This document shows positions 63,555 through 64,000 of a DNA stretch of 64,000 nucleotides, piece by piece; position 1 is the stretch's first letter, and the number at the start of each line of letters is the position of its first letter. The stretch is from an uncultured Spirochaetota bacterium (GTDB taxonomy: Bacteria; Spirochaetota; Brevinematia; Brevinematales; JAOACQ01): positions 823-64,822 of the forward strand of contig CAWCLF010000002.1 of NCBI GenBank assembly GCA_963796325.1, read 5' to 3'. Under the pieces are notes generated by a model. It did no database searches. It saw nothing but the letters and a program-made list of their open reading frames with translations, and was not told the origin of the DNA. The translations under genes were made by a program, and so were the position numbers.

Positions 63555-64000
63555 ATGCTTAATTTCAGGGGGAAAATTTTAGATACGGTCAAATCGCAGC
63601 CAAGGCGCCTGGTTTTGCCCGAAGGGGAAGACAGGCGTGTTTTAAAAGCTGCCGAAATGATAATAAGGGAAAAATTCACAAGCGAGCTTATTGTTCTCGG
63701 TAAACCGCAGGAAATGGAGGTCACGGCCCGCAAGGAGGGCATTAATCTGGCCGGGATCACTCTCATTGATCCCGCAGCCTCTCCCAGGCTCGCAGAATAT
63801 ACCAATAATCTGTATGAATCGCGGAAAAGCAAGGGAATGACTGAAGAAGAAGCCGACAAGTTAATGAAGGATGTCGTTTACCATGGAGCAATGATGCTTC
63901 ATACAGGAGAAGTGGACGCCATGGTATCAGGAAGCCTGACACCGACAGCGAAAACTGTCAAGGCTTCACTTATCATAGTCAAGCCCAGGGACGGCATTAA
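63555..64000 (+). CDS. pta: Phosphate acetyltransferase, 5' part (truncated by window end)
   Basis: Hand translation MLNFRGKILDTVKSQPRRLVLPEGEDRRVLKAA...R..KGM...YHGAMM...GEVDAMVSG; open to the window end; not in the ORF track. Confidence 0.88.
   Translation, partial: MLNFRGKILDTVKSQPRRLVLPEGEDRRVLKAAEMIIREKFTSELIVLGKPQEMEVTARKEGINLAGITLIDPAASPRLAEYTNNLYESRKSKGMTEEEADKLMKDVVYHGAMMLHTGEVDAMVSGSLTPTAKTVKASLIIVKPRDGI

Noticed and set aside
63551-63859. Minus-strand 102-aa ORF
   Set aside because: Antisense to the pta reading frame starting at 63555

Overview
Bacterial chromosomal window, most likely an uncultured spirochaete (Spirochaetota, possibly Brevinematales-like; inferred by eye from the 16S segment GCAGCAGCCAAGAATCTTCCGCAATGG and gene content, not from a database search). 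It opens with the 5' ~720 nt of a minus-strand 16S rRNA gene and its promoter. Next is a surface-protein locus: one 999-aa modular lipoprotein, plus a convergent operon with a putative outer-membrane protein, two lipoproteins sharing an N-terminal leader, and a decayed third copy. The rest is mostly housekeeping and envelope genes (mntH, lepB, ispF, hldE/hldD, carB, thyX, argS, uppP, mgtA, glyA, coaD, partial pta). The best novelty candidate is a SpeE spermidine synthase fused to a tandem-duplicated AdoMet decarboxylase whose two halves keep complementary catalytic residues, as in the eukaryotic enzyme. Other candidates: the shared-leader lipoprotein array; a P-loop kinase/dCMP deaminase fusion beside a double-domain ThyX; a glyA-mgtA-EIIA operon; an operator-controlled transcription unit with no gene; and two families of dispersed intergenic repeats. 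No CRISPR array, tRNA, integrase or transposase was seen. All calls are by eye.
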